NCBI GenBank assembly: GCA_903831595.1
Contig: CAIKXY010000013.1
Span: forward strand, 6,793 to 70,792
Direction: 5' to 3'
Source of the DNA: an uncultured bacterium
GTDB lineage: Bacteria; Patescibacteriota; Minisyncoccia; Phycocordibacterales; GWA1-40-21
DNA length: 64,000 bases
The position numbers were made by a program, and so were the translations under genes. Under the pieces are notes generated by a model, which was not told where the DNA came from, searched no databases, and worked only from the letters and a program-made list of their open reading frames with translations. Positions 28,052-37,466 of the stretch are shown here, one piece after another. Every line of letters begins with the position of its first letter. Position 1 is the first letter of the stretch.

Positions 28052-28372
28052 CGTCCGGAGTAAGTGCTAGGATGCACTTACGTGAGGGACTCGAAGCCTG
28101 TTTGAGCAGATTTTGTGAGTGAAGCGAAACAAAATCTCCAAACAGGGTACTGACCCTGTAAGGGTCGAATGTCCCTCCTCGTGTTCGTATTTCAAATTTG
28201 GCGTGGGGACCTGAATTTTATGACTTGACCGAGTCCCTCCCGGCATTTCGTTGCGCTCAAAATTTTGTTGGACCCCAAATTTTATGACTCTCATCTCTTG
28301 ATTAATCAAATTTGTCATGCTTTACTTGCATTAGAAGTTAAGTCTAAAAATTCTGATGGACGGAGGTCCAAT

Positions 28373-28786
28373 ATGCACATAAAAGCGCCGATTGTTTCTA
28401 AACCTGTAGGAGCAAGTGAAATACCTGAAGGAGGCTTTGGATGGAATCTTGATCATCGCGGAACTGACGGTCCAATTCTGTGTGAATTTTGTGGAACGAA
28501 TCACCCAGAGCGATTAGATCAGTCATACACACTGGGCACAGTTCTTGGTTTGCAAGTGGTTGAGGAGTGTTGCGGAAAAGTAATAGATATTTTGTACAAA
28601 GAGCTAGCGGAAGATTTTACACAAGCTTATCTTGAAGAATTTGCTAGAAACCCGACCAATCCTCGCTTTTTCTTTTTTCTAGACAAATTGTCAAAGGTAC
28701 TTGAAGTAGCCGCGAAAAAAGTAAATGAAACATCCGCTGCTATTTCTAGCAGCAAAGAGTCACTCTCAAAGATAAAAAATGTTTAA
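28373..28786 (+). CDS. Hypothetical protein (GC-richer than its surroundings)
   Basis: Track ORF 28265-28786. The likely start is MHIKAPIV, preceded by a ggaggt RBS. Composition differs from the flanking genes. Confidence 0.4.
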   Translation: MHIKAPIVSKPVGASEIPEGGFGWNLDHRGTDGPILCEFCGTNHPERLDQSYTLGTVLGLQVVEECCGKVIDILYKELAEDFTQAYLEEFARNPTNPRFFFFLDKLSKVLEVAAKKVNETSAAISSSKESLSKIKNV

Positions 28787-28962
28787 CAAGTATTTAAACC
28801 AGCCCGAGATAATTTCAAAGGCTGGTTTTTAAATTTTTATCAATGGTTGAACTTAAATCAAAACTTTACATTAAACTTTTTTTATGCTATAAAATGGCAA
28901 GGTGTTCTAGCTTTGGATATCCGAAAGGATAAATCAAATCCAAGGCTTAATAGGGGGATTTA

Positions 28963-29463
28963 ATGAATAAAAGCTTGTCGGCAAGAGAAGTAATTAAGAA
29001 AGCGTGTCATTCTTTAAGTTCAGAGTTAAAAGGATGTAAATTCGATATACACGCGATTTCAGAAGTTTCTACATGCTGGGAAGGAAAGGGATACATGAAA
29101 TATCACGAGGCCTACATTTTACGTGGGGCCAAAGGATATTGGGGGGTATGTTTGGGTGAACACGACAAAAGCGTGTTCACAAAGCAATACGACTGTGATT
29201 TAACAGTTATAAGAATTCTCGGCCCAGAAAAGAAATTCATTGTTAGTGCAATTGAACAGGCGAAATGGTTTTCTAAGTCTCTGATGCACGCGACGCGGGA
29301 TAATGTGTTTCACTTTAATTTAGATAATTATCCCAAGCACATAAAAATACTAGAAACAAAAATGAGGGAAAATTTAATCAGACTTGACGTAGGAGGTGTC
29401 CGATATAAAGAAAGTTTCCCAAATGAATTACATGGTGTCATGAGAAAATTGGTGACATCATAA
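28963..29463 (+). CDS. Hypothetical protein (GC-richer than its surroundings)
   Basis: 166 aa with a ggggga RBS upstream. No recognisable motif. Confidence 0.4.
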   Translation: MNKSLSAREVIKKACHSLSSELKGCKFDIHAISEVSTCWEGKGYMKYHEAYILRGAKGYWGVCLGEHDKSVFTKQYDCDLTVIRILGPEKKFIVSAIEQAKWFSKSLMHATRDNVFHFNLDNYPKHIKILETKMRENLIRLDVGGVRYKESFPNELHGVMRKLVTS

Positions 29464-29546
29464 AGTAACAATCCGAGCCTCGGCGTTTACGCGCTGGGGC
29501 TTTTTTCATTTCAATTTTTTCCATTTTTCTGCTAATATGAACAAAC

Positions 29547-31358
29547 ATGAACATAAGAAATTTTAGTATTATTGCCCATATAGACCACGGAAAATCGACC
29601 CTAGCAGATCGTATGCTTGAGATTACAAATACCATAGAAAAGCGCAAAATGATGGACCAGGTGCTTGATAGTATGGAGCTTGAAAGAGAGCGTGGAATAA
29701 CCATTAAAATGCAGCCAGTTCGCATGAAATGGCACCTAAATAACGAGGAATATGTAATGAACCTCATTGATACGCCTGGCCATATTGACTTCTCTTATGA
29801 GGTTTCTAGGGCTCTAAAAGCCGTTGAAGGATCTATACTTTTGGTGGATGCTACACAGGGTGTTCAAGCTCAAACTTTGACTACTTTAAATATGGCGCGA
29901 GAATCAAATCTTGTGATTATCCCCGTCGTCAGTAAGATCGATTCACCACTTGCACGCACTATTGAAGTTAAAGAAGAAATCGCAAAACTATTAAATATTA
30001 ATGAAAGTGAAATCCTTGAAGTGTCAGGAAAAACAGGTGCAGGTGTCGCTGAACTATTGAATGAAGTTATAAAAAGAATTCCTGCACCACGCGGAGAGTT
30101 TGGCGAGGAAAATTATAAATTAGAAATAAATGAAAAATCTTTTAGAGCTTTGGTTTTTGATTTTAAATATTCAAATCATAGTGGGGTCACCGTTTTTGTC
30201 CGCGTTTTTAATGGTCAGGCAAAAAGAAATACACCGCTAACTTTTAAAGTTTCCGGTAAATCTTTTTCAGCAGTTGAAGTTGGAATTTTTTCTCCATCAG
30301 AGCTCGCAACTGACACTTTGTCTGCTGGAGAAATAGGATATATTACTACTGGAATTAAAGAATCTGATATAGCATCAGTCGGAGACACAATTTCTCATGT
30401 AAATGATACTCAACCGCCACTGCACGGATACTTCAAACCATCTCCTGTGGTCTGGGCCTCAATTTATCCAGAAGGTGCTGATGATTTTGCAATGTTAAAA
30501 CTTGCACTTGGGAAACTTAAGCTTTCTGATTCTTCTTATACATTTGATGAAGAAACTTCTGGAACATTAGGCAGAGGATTTCGTTGTGGTTTTTTGGGAA
30601 TGTTACACTTGGAAATTATTGTTGAGAGATTAAAAAGGGAATTTAATTTACAGCTTATTGTCACAACTCCTAGCGTAAATTATGAAGTAACTTTTAATAA
30701 TGGGAAGAAAGAAATGATTTTTTCTCCATCACTATTTCCGGAAGATCATATGATTGCGAAGGTTATGGAGCCATGGGTAAGAGTGAGAATTATTACTCCA
30801 GGACAATATATTGGTGCAATTATGCAACAACTTTATGAGCACGAAGCTGTGATAGGCGACTCTGAAAGTTTTGGAGACAACAGAGCTTCTCTTACACTTG
30901 AAATGCCGCTTCGCGAACTTATGAGAAATTTTTTTAATGAATTAAAAAGTATGACTTCTGGTTATGCGTCAATTTCATATGAAGCAATGCCTATGAAGGA
31001 AGCTGATGTTGTTAAAATGGAGGTTTTGGTGGCGGATGAGCCAGTTGCTGCTTTTTGTAAAATTGTTGCAAGAAGAAGAATGCAAGAAGAGGCGGAACAA
31101 ACAGTTGAAAAACTTCATGGTGTAATAGAAAGAACAATGTTCAATTTTAAAATTCAAGCAAAAGCCACAGGAAGAATTCTTGCTTCAAGGTCTGTTTCAG
31201 GAATGAAAAAAGATGTTACGGACTATTTATATGGCGGAGATATTACAAGAAAAATGAAATTGAGAGAAAAGCAAAAGAAAGGGAAAAAGAGAATGAAGGA
31301 GAGGGGGAAGGTAAATATTGGTCATGATGTATTTTTGAAGATGATGAAACAGGAGTAA
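29547..31358 (+). CDS. lepA: Elongation factor 4 (LepA)
   Basis: NIRNFSIIAHIDHGKSTLADRML, DTPGHIDF, and the LepA-specific C-terminal domain. 603 aa. Confidence 0.9.
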   Translation: MNIRNFSIIAHIDHGKSTLADRMLEITNTIEKRKMMDQVLDSMELERERGITIKMQPVRMKWHLNNEEYVMNLIDTPGHIDFSYEVSRALKAVEGSILLVDATQGVQAQTLTTLNMARESNLVIIPVVSKIDSPLARTIEVKEEIAKLLNINESEILEVSGKTGAGVAELLNEVIKRIPAPRGEFGEENYKLEINEKSFRALVFDFKYSNHSGVTVFVRVFNGQAKRNTPLTFKVSGKSFSAVEVGIFSPSELATDTLSAGEIGYITTGIKESDIASVGDTISHVNDTQPPLHGYFKPSPVVWASIYPEGADDFAMLKLALGKLKLSDSSYTFDEETSGTLGRGFRCGFLGMLHLEIIVERLKREFNLQLIVTTPSVNYEVTFNNGKKEMIFSPSLFPEDHMIAKVMEPWVRVRIITPGQYIGAIMQQLYEHEAVIGDSESFGDNRASLTLEMPLRELMRNFFNELKSMTSGYASISYEAMPMKEADVVKMEVLVADEPVAAFCKIVARRRMQEEAEQTVEKLHGVIERTMFNFKIQAKATGRILASRSVSGMKKDVTDYLYGGDITRKMKLREKQKKGKKRMKERGKVNIGHDVFLKMMKQE

Positions 31359-31370
31359 AGATAGATATCA

Positions 31371-31408
31371 ATATAAAAGGGCGGCGCCGTAGGCGCCGCC
31401 CTTTTGTT
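31371..31408 (+). terminator. Intrinsic terminator (gggcggcgccgtaggcgccgccc + T-run)
   Basis: Perfect GC hairpin followed by ttttgttgttttt. Confidence 0.7.
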
Positions 31409-31416
31409 GTTTTTAT

Positions 31417-31530
31417 TTAGTCCAAAGCGATGGGGCATAAAGTACAAGCATTCCGAGAATCAATATTGCTCCTACTACAACCCAAGCATACTTCATAAAT
31501 TTTCTAGTTTTTTTGTGGAAAAGCATTTTA
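31417..31530 (-). CDS. Small single-TM protein (37 aa, MLFHKKTRKFMKYAWVVVGAILILGMLVLYAPSLWTK)
   Basis: Short ORF not in the 60-aa track. It has a basic N-terminus plus one hydrophobic helix. Low confidence. Confidence 0.25.
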
Positions 31531-31577
31531 CTGGTTAATTATTCTTTTAAAATGTTATATACTAACTATACACCAAA

Positions 31578-31952
31578 ATGATAGATTTTCAACAAAAGAA
31601 AAAAATAAATAAGTTTTTGTATTCGAAAGTGACTTTGGTTATTTTTTTTATAATTATAATTTTTTTAGCTAAAGCGACCTATAATATTTACCAGAAATAT
31701 AAATTAAATGCGGAAAATTATGATACAGTTAAAAAACAATATGATAGTTTGAATGAGCGAAAAGATATGCTAAATTCAGAAATAGAAAGGTTAAAGACGG
31801 ACACTGGTGTTGAGGAGGAAATACGAAGTAGGTTTAACGTCGCAAAGCCCGGGGAGACAGTAGTTGTTGTCATAAATGGTAGCAGTAGCGGTTCAAGTAC
31901 TAGTAGCCAAAATAAAGGATTTTGGGCAAGTTTTTGGAGTATATTCAAATAA
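31578..31952 (+). CDS. Septum formation initiator (FtsB/DivIC family)
   Basis: N-terminal TM, a coiled coil, and the conserved EEEIRSRFNVAKPGE motif. Confidence 0.5.
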   Translation: MIDFQQKKKINKFLYSKVTLVIFFIIIIFLAKATYNIYQKYKLNAENYDTVKKQYDSLNERKDMLNSEIERLKTDTGVEEEIRSRFNVAKPGETVVVVINGSSSGSSTSSQNKGFWASFWSIFK

Positions 31953-32004
31953 TAATACAATTTAACGGGCGAAGAACATTGGTTTCTTAAAATTAATATG
32001 CTAA

Positions 32005-32075
32005 GCGAGTATGATTTAGTGGTAGAATGCGACCTTCCCAAGGTTGATATGCGGGTTCGATTCCCGCTACTCGCA
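32005..32075 (+). tRNA. tRNA-Gly (anticodon CCC)
   Basis: gcgagtatgatttagtggtagaatgcgaccTTCCCAAggttg...gggttcgattcccgctactcgca. Confidence 0.75.
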
Positions 32076-32163
32076 CAAATTGAATATTACGTACCAAAAT
32101 ATTATTATTGCATTTTAAAACTTATGATATAATAAAAAAGTTATAAGTTAATAAACAAATAAT

Positions 32164-32403
32164 ATGCAAAAAAAAGTAGTAATGTATTCAACGCCAACAT
32201 GTCATTATTGTAATCTAGCAAAAGATTTTTTTCACGATTATAATATTTCTTATGAAGTATTTAATGTACAAACAGATTTGGCCAAAAGAAAAGAGATGGT
32301 AGAAAAGAGTGGACAAATGGGAGTACCTGTAATTATTGTCGATGATGAAATTATAAAAGGATTCGATGAAGATAGATTGAGAGAATTGTTAGAAATAAAA
32401 TAA
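32164..32403 (+). CDS. nrdH: Glutaredoxin-like protein (NrdH/YruB-type thioredoxin-fold redoxin, CHYC active site)
   Basis: 79 aa, VVMYSTPTCHYCNLAKDFF, and a C-terminal GVPVIIVDDEIIKGFDEDRL glutaredoxin fold. Confidence 0.6.
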   Translation: MQKKVVMYSTPTCHYCNLAKDFFHDYNISYEVFNVQTDLAKRKEMVEKSGQMGVPVIIVDDEIIKGFDEDRLRELLEIK

Positions 32404-32623
32404 ACAAAAAACCGCGAAAGCGGTTTTTTAATGTGCCAAGGGCCGGAATCTCTCCCTCACCTCTCATTTCGTCGACACTCAATTCGGGCTAGGCACCAGC
32501 TCATTCATTTTTTCTGCTGAAAAAATATCATTCCGCTGTTCTCGTCCGGACAGAAGCAAAGCAGTTTGCTTCTTCCCTTAGCCCAAATTTAAAAACACCA
32601 GATACTGGTGTTTTTTAAATTTG

Positions 32624-32697
32624 TGCCAAGGGCCGGACTCGAACCGGCGACCACATCCTCTTCAGGGACATGCTCTACCAACTGAGCTACCTTGGCT
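32624..32697 (-). tRNA. tRNA-Phe (anticodon GAA)
   Basis: gccaaggtagctcagttggtagagcatgtccCTGAAGAggatg...gccggttcgagtccggcccttggca. Confidence 0.8.
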
Positions 32698-32748
32698 TTA
32701 CAATGAGATATTACACTATTTGATAGAAAAATTCTAGGGTCAAAAAAC

Positions 32749-33015
32749 TTATTTTATTATATTTGTAATGGAAGTAGGAATTTTATTTGTTACCGATTTA
32801 ACACTATTTATGCTACCCTGTAAGCTTTGATATGCTTTAAGTGCTGTGTTCAAATATGGCTGGACAAAATTATATGCAATCACAGCAACAACAATAATTA
32901 TTATCCAATAAATCACCCTAATAATTGAAGACCAGCGATTTGCCCGTCTCATTCCTTTGAGCATGTGGTTATTTTCTTTTACCAAATCATAAATTTCTTT
33001 TTCGTTTGGGTTCAT
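32749..33015 (-). CDS. Small membrane protein (88 aa), hypothetical
   Basis: A single central TM helix. Confidence 0.35.
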   Translation of the reverse strand: MNPNEKEIYDLVKENNHMLKGMRRANRWSSIIRVIYWIIIIVVAVIAYNFVQPYLNTALKAYQSLQGSINSVKSVTNKIPTSITNIIK

Positions 33016-33258
33016 AAGTATATTATACTATACGGTTGGTATTTATCAATTATTTGTGGTGCGTCCCTGGCCAGACCATGAGTACATTTATTTCCTTCGA
33101 CTAAAACTTTGCCGTCACTCAGCTTTGTCTAGGCACCTGCTCATTTGTTCCACAAGCTTGTGGAACATCATTCCGCCGTTCGATTCTGGCTCACAAGCAA
33201 AGAAGTTTGCTTGTTCAGCGACACATAATAAAACTGCTAGAAAAGCATTATTATTATG

Positions 33259-33330
33259 TGTCCCTGGCCAGAATCGAACTGACATCTATCCCTTAGGACG
33301 GGATTGTTCTATCCATTGAACTACAAGGAC
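33259..33330 (-). tRNA. tRNA-Arg (anticodon CCU)
   Basis: gtccttgtagttcaatggatagaacaatcccgTCCTAAgggat...gtcagttcgattctggccagggaca. Confidence 0.7.
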
Positions 33331-33448
33331 ATAGAGCAAATATAACATGAAAGCAATAATTGTTTAATCTAGTAATTTATGTTATTCTCTGCTGAGATTT
33401 CTAGGCGTTGGTCTAGAAAAATTCAAATACATCTTAAAAGGGGGTAAA

Positions 33449-33805
33449 ATGAAAAAGATTTTCTGCATTGAAGATGATGAAAAAATTTTGAATATGTGGA
33501 AACTTTCTTTTCAAAAAGAGATCATGCAAGGGAAAATCACTATCATATCGGCAATGACGATAAAAGAAGCAGAAGAAAAATTTTTATCGAACCATGATAT
33601 CGACATAATCGTAATTGATGGATGTGTTCCGGGACGTGAATTAAACACAATTCCTCTCGTAAAGAAAATTAAGAAGTCCTTTAAAGGAATTATGATCGGA
33701 ACTTCATCAGTAGATGAATATAGAAGGCAGTTGTTAGGCGCAGGTTGTGATTTTGAATGCACAAAATGGAACCTACCAATAACACTTTCGCAATTAATAA
33801 AATAA
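33449..33805 (+). CDS. Single-domain response regulator (CheY-like receiver)
   Basis: 118 aa with an acidic pocket (IEDDE), a phospho-acceptor region DIIVIDGCVPG, and a conserved Lys near the C-terminus. Confidence 0.55.
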   Translation: MKKIFCIEDDEKILNMWKLSFQKEIMQGKITIISAMTIKEAEEKFLSNHDIDIIVIDGCVPGRELNTIPLVKKIKKSFKGIMIGTSSVDEYRRQLLGAGCDFECTKWNLPITLSQLIK

Positions 33806-33842
33806 ACAAAGGCCCCGAGGTTTTTCCTCGGGGTCGTTTTTA

Positions 33843-34292
33843 TTATGAATTTTTAATCTTTAATTTTGCCTGTCTATGTTTATCTATCTTTGGCATTCTA
33901 ATTACAAGTAAACCATTCTTATTTATTGCTTCAGATTCATCAACATCTATTTCTTGGGGAAGTATGATAGTTCTTGAAAATAAACCCCAATACAACTCTT
34001 TATGAAAATAATCATTTCCAAGCGTATCGTTTGATTCTTCTCTGTGGCCTTTTATAACAACCATATCTCTAGTGATTGAAATATCTAAATCTTCCTGTTT
34101 AACACCTGCAATCATAGTTTTTATGATTATTTCAGAAGGAGTTTGATACATATCAACAGCTAGCTGACCTTCTTCCTCAGATTCAGCATCTTCAAGCTCA
34201 GTTTCAATATCGTTTTCAGATTCAAGCTCTTGTTTATCATCATCCACCCGAATAATTCCAGTAAGTTTTTCAAAAAAAGATTTTTTCTTCAT
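33843..34292 (-). CDS. Small heat-shock protein (Hsp20/alpha-crystallin family)
   Basis: Alpha-crystallin domain ...VVIKGHREES...LYWGLFSRTIILP...GLLVIRMPK. Confidence 0.75.
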   Translation of the reverse strand: MKKKSFFEKLTGIIRVDDDKQELESENDIETELEDAESEEEGQLAVDMYQTPSEIIIKTMIAGVKQEDLDISITRDMVVIKGHREESNDTLGNDYFHKELYWGLFSRTIILPQEIDVDESEAINKNGLLVIRMPKIDKHRQAKLKIKNS

Positions 34293-34325
34293 TTATTTTA
34301 AATAATTAATCTAATAAATATAAAA

Positions 34326-35111
34326 TTAAATTTTTTCTAATCTGATTTTCTTAATTTTTTCAAAGGCTATTAGAACTATTATAACAGCTATCCAAATAAG
34401 TTCCAATGCCGTGACAGATGTATCATTATTTCCTAGCATAAAATAGTTGAAAACACTGTGAACAATAATGGCTACAATAATACCTAAAATTGTATAAAGT
34501 GTTTTTTCAATTTTTTTGTCAAAGAAATTAAAACTTATAAACAATGCGATTGTGGCAGAAGAAACGGTGTGTAAAAGTGTCGCTCCAATAAATCTCATAT
34601 TGCCACTAAAAATTGACGCGATTACATTTTGTTTTGAAATAGGGTCAATCAAAAAAAGCATGTTTTCTATGGCAGCAAATCCAAGTGCTGTTGTAATCAT
34701 GTAAATCATTGGATCAAGTGGCTCGTCATCTTCTTTTGATCTCAATACTAAAATGAAAGCTAAAATGAATTTTGAAAGTTCTTCTATAAGTGGGGCGCAT
34801 ACCATTACTAATAAAACTTTGTCTATTGAAATACCTGTTTTTATTGCAATACCTTGGAACCATGGCAAAATATGACTAAATATTCCTGTTGAGAAAAAGT
34901 TTTTTAAACCCAAACCATAAAAATATTTTTCTAAAAAAAGTGAGATAACAACGGCAACCATTCCTCCCAAGAAGGCAAGTGCTATCATACTTTTTGGCTC
35001 AGGATTTTTTTTATCTTCTCTTGTCCAAAACCAAAGCCAAACCAGCGTTGGTAAAACACCACTAAAAAATGCAATTACTATTGTCCCTAATTGTGCGTTT
35101 CCTTCAATCAT
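34326..35111 (-). CDS. PrsW-family intramembrane metalloprotease
   Basis: Polytopic membrane protein with EELSK (EExxK), GFAAIENM (GFAxxEN), and His-containing helices (LLHTV, IVHSVFN). Confidence 0.5.
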   Translation of the reverse strand: MIEGNAQLGTIVIAFFSGVLPTLVWLWFWTREDKKNPEPKSMIALAFLGGMVAVVISLFLEKYFYGLGLKNFFSTGIFSHILPWFQGIAIKTGISIDKVLLVMVCAPLIEELSKFILAFILVLRSKEDDEPLDPMIYMITTALGFAAIENMLFLIDPISKQNVIASIFSGNMRFIGATLLHTVSSATIALFISFNFFDKKIEKTLYTILGIIVAIIVHSVFNYFMLGNNDTSVTALELIWIAVIIVLIAFEKIKKIRLEKI

Positions 35112-35112
35112 A

Positions 35113-37326
35113 TTATATTGGCCATTTTTCTATCATTAAAATACTTTTATCTTCATTTATTGATTGCCAAATTTCCTCAGTTAAAAAAGGCATGAATGGG
35201 TGAAGAATAGTGAGGATTATTCTAATTGTAGATAATAAAAATTGTTTTCTTGATGTTTTTGATGTTTCATCGGTATTTTCCTCTGCAAAAACTTTTTTAC
35301 TATCCTCAAGTATTATGTCTGCAAATGTATGCCATGCATAATGATATATTTTTTCTCCTGCCATGTAAAATCTAAATTCTTCCATGTCAGATGTTATATC
35401 AGCAACAAAATTATTTCTTTCTTCAATTAATTTTTTATCAGCATCAGAAAATTTATTAAACTTTGAATCAAATTTTGTTTCTTTTACTGACTCTAAAATA
35501 AATCTAGTTATATTCCAAATTTTGTTTGCGAAATTTTTATAGGCCTTAACTTTGTCGTCTGACCACCGAGTATCTGTACCAGGAGTATTACCGATTACGA
35601 GCGCCATTCTCAATGCATCTGTACCAGATTTTTTTGATATATCAACTGGATCAATATTATCTCCCAAAGACTTTGATATTTTTTGGCCTTTTTGGTTGCG
35701 AACCATTCCGTGAAAGTAAACAGTTTTAAATGGAATATCTCCTAAAACATAAGTGGACATAAGTATCATTCTTGCTATCCAAAAGAAAATTAAATCATAG
35801 CCACTCTCAAGCACATCTGTTGGATGGTAAAATGACAAATCTTTGGTCTTTTCTGGCCATCCAAGCGTTGAAAATGTCCATAAACCAGAGGAAAACCATG
35901 TATCTAGTGTATCCTCATCTTGTGTCCATCCGCCACCTTTTGGGGCTTCTATTCCACAATAAACCTCTGTACCTTTGTACCAAACGGGAATACGGTGGCC
36001 ATACCATATTTGTCTTGAAATACACCAGTCTCTTAGAGTATCAATCCAGTGGAAATAAGTTTTTGTAACATAATCAGGGATAACATTTATTTGCCCACCT
36101 TTTACCGCATTTTCCATTAGTTCTTTAAGTGTTGTCTCTTGTCCATTTTTTATACCTTTAATATTCGAGTGTTCAATTTTAAAAGATTTATTTACAGCAA
36201 CAAACCATTGAAGTTTTGGTAATGGTTCAATAATTCCTCCCGTTCTTTCAGCAGTAGAAACATTTTGTTTTATTTCTTCCTCTTTTTCCAGAAGTTTTTC
36301 CGATTTTAACCACTCAACAATTATTTCTCTTGCCTCAACAACTTTTTTACCAAAAATATTTTCACCACCAACCATCATTCTTGCTTTTTCATCTATTACT
36401 TGTACAACAGGTAATTTATTTTTTTCTCCAATTTCCCAGTCAATCATTGAGTGTGCTGGAGTTACACCAAGCGCACCTGTTCCGAATTCTTTATCGACTG
36501 ATTCATCCGCAATAATTTTTATATGAATTTTTACACCACAAAATACGGCATCATATTCTTTACCAATATATTTTTGATAGCGAGCATCATCGGGATGAAC
36601 AGCAACGGCAGTATCACCAACTTTTGTTTCGGGCCTTGTGGTAGAGATTGAAATAGGGAAGTCCTTCGAATACTTAAAGGTATAAAATTTTGCTGGTCTT
36701 TCTTCATAAACTATTTCTTCATCAGAAATTGTTGTTTGACCTTTTGGATCCCAATTCACGATTCTGAAACCTCGATAAATAAGTCCATCATCATACATTT
36801 TTTTAAATACTGTCCTTACTGCAAGATTTCTTTTTTCGTCCATTGTAAACGCTTCACGTGACCAATCTAAAGATGCACCCATTACTTTTGATTGAGAAAT
36901 AATTGTGTCATGGCTTTGTTTTACAAAAATACCTATTCTTTTTAATAGTTCTTCTCGTCCCAAATCGTATCTCGATTTGTCTTCTTTTTTCTTAATATCT
37001 TTTTCTACACGCGATTGTGTTGCTATTGCGGCATGATCTGTACCTGGAACCCAAAGTGTTTTTTTACCACGCATTCTTTGATAGCGAATCATAATATCTT
37101 CTATCGTCAAAGTCAGAGCGTGACCCATATGAAGAATACCCGTCACATTTGGCGGAGGTAACATTATTGAGTATTTTTCTTTGTGTCTTGGTGGGAGGTT
37201 ATCGGGATTAAAATAACCAGAATCTTCCCATAGTTTGTATATTTTAGATTCGGTTTCTTGTGAATTATATGGCTTTAGGAATTTGCTTGCCACGTGTGAA
37301 TTTTCGCTTTGTTCTTCTTTTGACAT
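35113..37326 (-). CDS. valS: Valine--tRNA ligase (compact form)
   Basis: PPPNVTGILHMGHAL (HIGH), KISKSLGN (KMSKS), an editing-domain region, and a C-terminal coiled coil. 737 aa. Confidence 0.85.
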   Translation of the reverse strand: MSKEEQSENSHVASKFLKPYNSQETESKIYKLWEDSGYFNPDNLPPRHKEKYSIMLPPPNVTGILHMGHALTLTIEDIMIRYQRMRGKKTLWVPGTDHAAIATQSRVEKDIKKKEDKSRYDLGREELLKRIGIFVKQSHDTIISQSKVMGASLDWSREAFTMDEKRNLAVRTVFKKMYDDGLIYRGFRIVNWDPKGQTTISDEEIVYEERPAKFYTFKYSKDFPISISTTRPETKVGDTAVAVHPDDARYQKYIGKEYDAVFCGVKIHIKIIADESVDKEFGTGALGVTPAHSMIDWEIGEKNKLPVVQVIDEKARMMVGGENIFGKKVVEAREIIVEWLKSEKLLEKEEEIKQNVSTAERTGGIIEPLPKLQWFVAVNKSFKIEHSNIKGIKNGQETTLKELMENAVKGGQINVIPDYVTKTYFHWIDTLRDWCISRQIWYGHRIPVWYKGTEVYCGIEAPKGGGWTQDEDTLDTWFSSGLWTFSTLGWPEKTKDLSFYHPTDVLESGYDLIFFWIARMILMSTYVLGDIPFKTVYFHGMVRNQKGQKISKSLGDNIDPVDISKKSGTDALRMALVIGNTPGTDTRWSDDKVKAYKNFANKIWNITRFILESVKETKFDSKFNKFSDADKKLIEERNNFVADITSDMEEFRFYMAGEKIYHYAWHTFADIILEDSKKVFAEENTDETSKTSRKQFLLSTIRIILTILHPFMPFLTEEIWQSINEDKSILMIEKWPI

Positions 37327-37429
37327 GATATTAATTTATTGAATACTAGAAAATACTAGCAGTGCTACCACTTATTACAAAATTCTTTACGTGGTTTTGC
37401 ATTGTGGCTTTATAATAGCAAATATATAT

Positions 37430-37466
37430 AAAATTGGGAATAAAATAACCCCTTTGTAAAAAGGGG
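37430..37466 (-). terminator. Intrinsic terminator on the minus strand (cccctttttacaaagggg followed by ttattttatt)
   Basis: Plus-strand hairpin cccctttgtaaaaagggg at 37449-37466. A T-rich run follows only in the minus orientation. Confidence 0.5.

Noticed and set aside
33056-33319. 87-aa plus-strand ORF across the tRNA-Arg module
   Set aside because: It spans the tRNA-derived repeats and the tRNA-Arg gene itself. Interpreted as non-coding.
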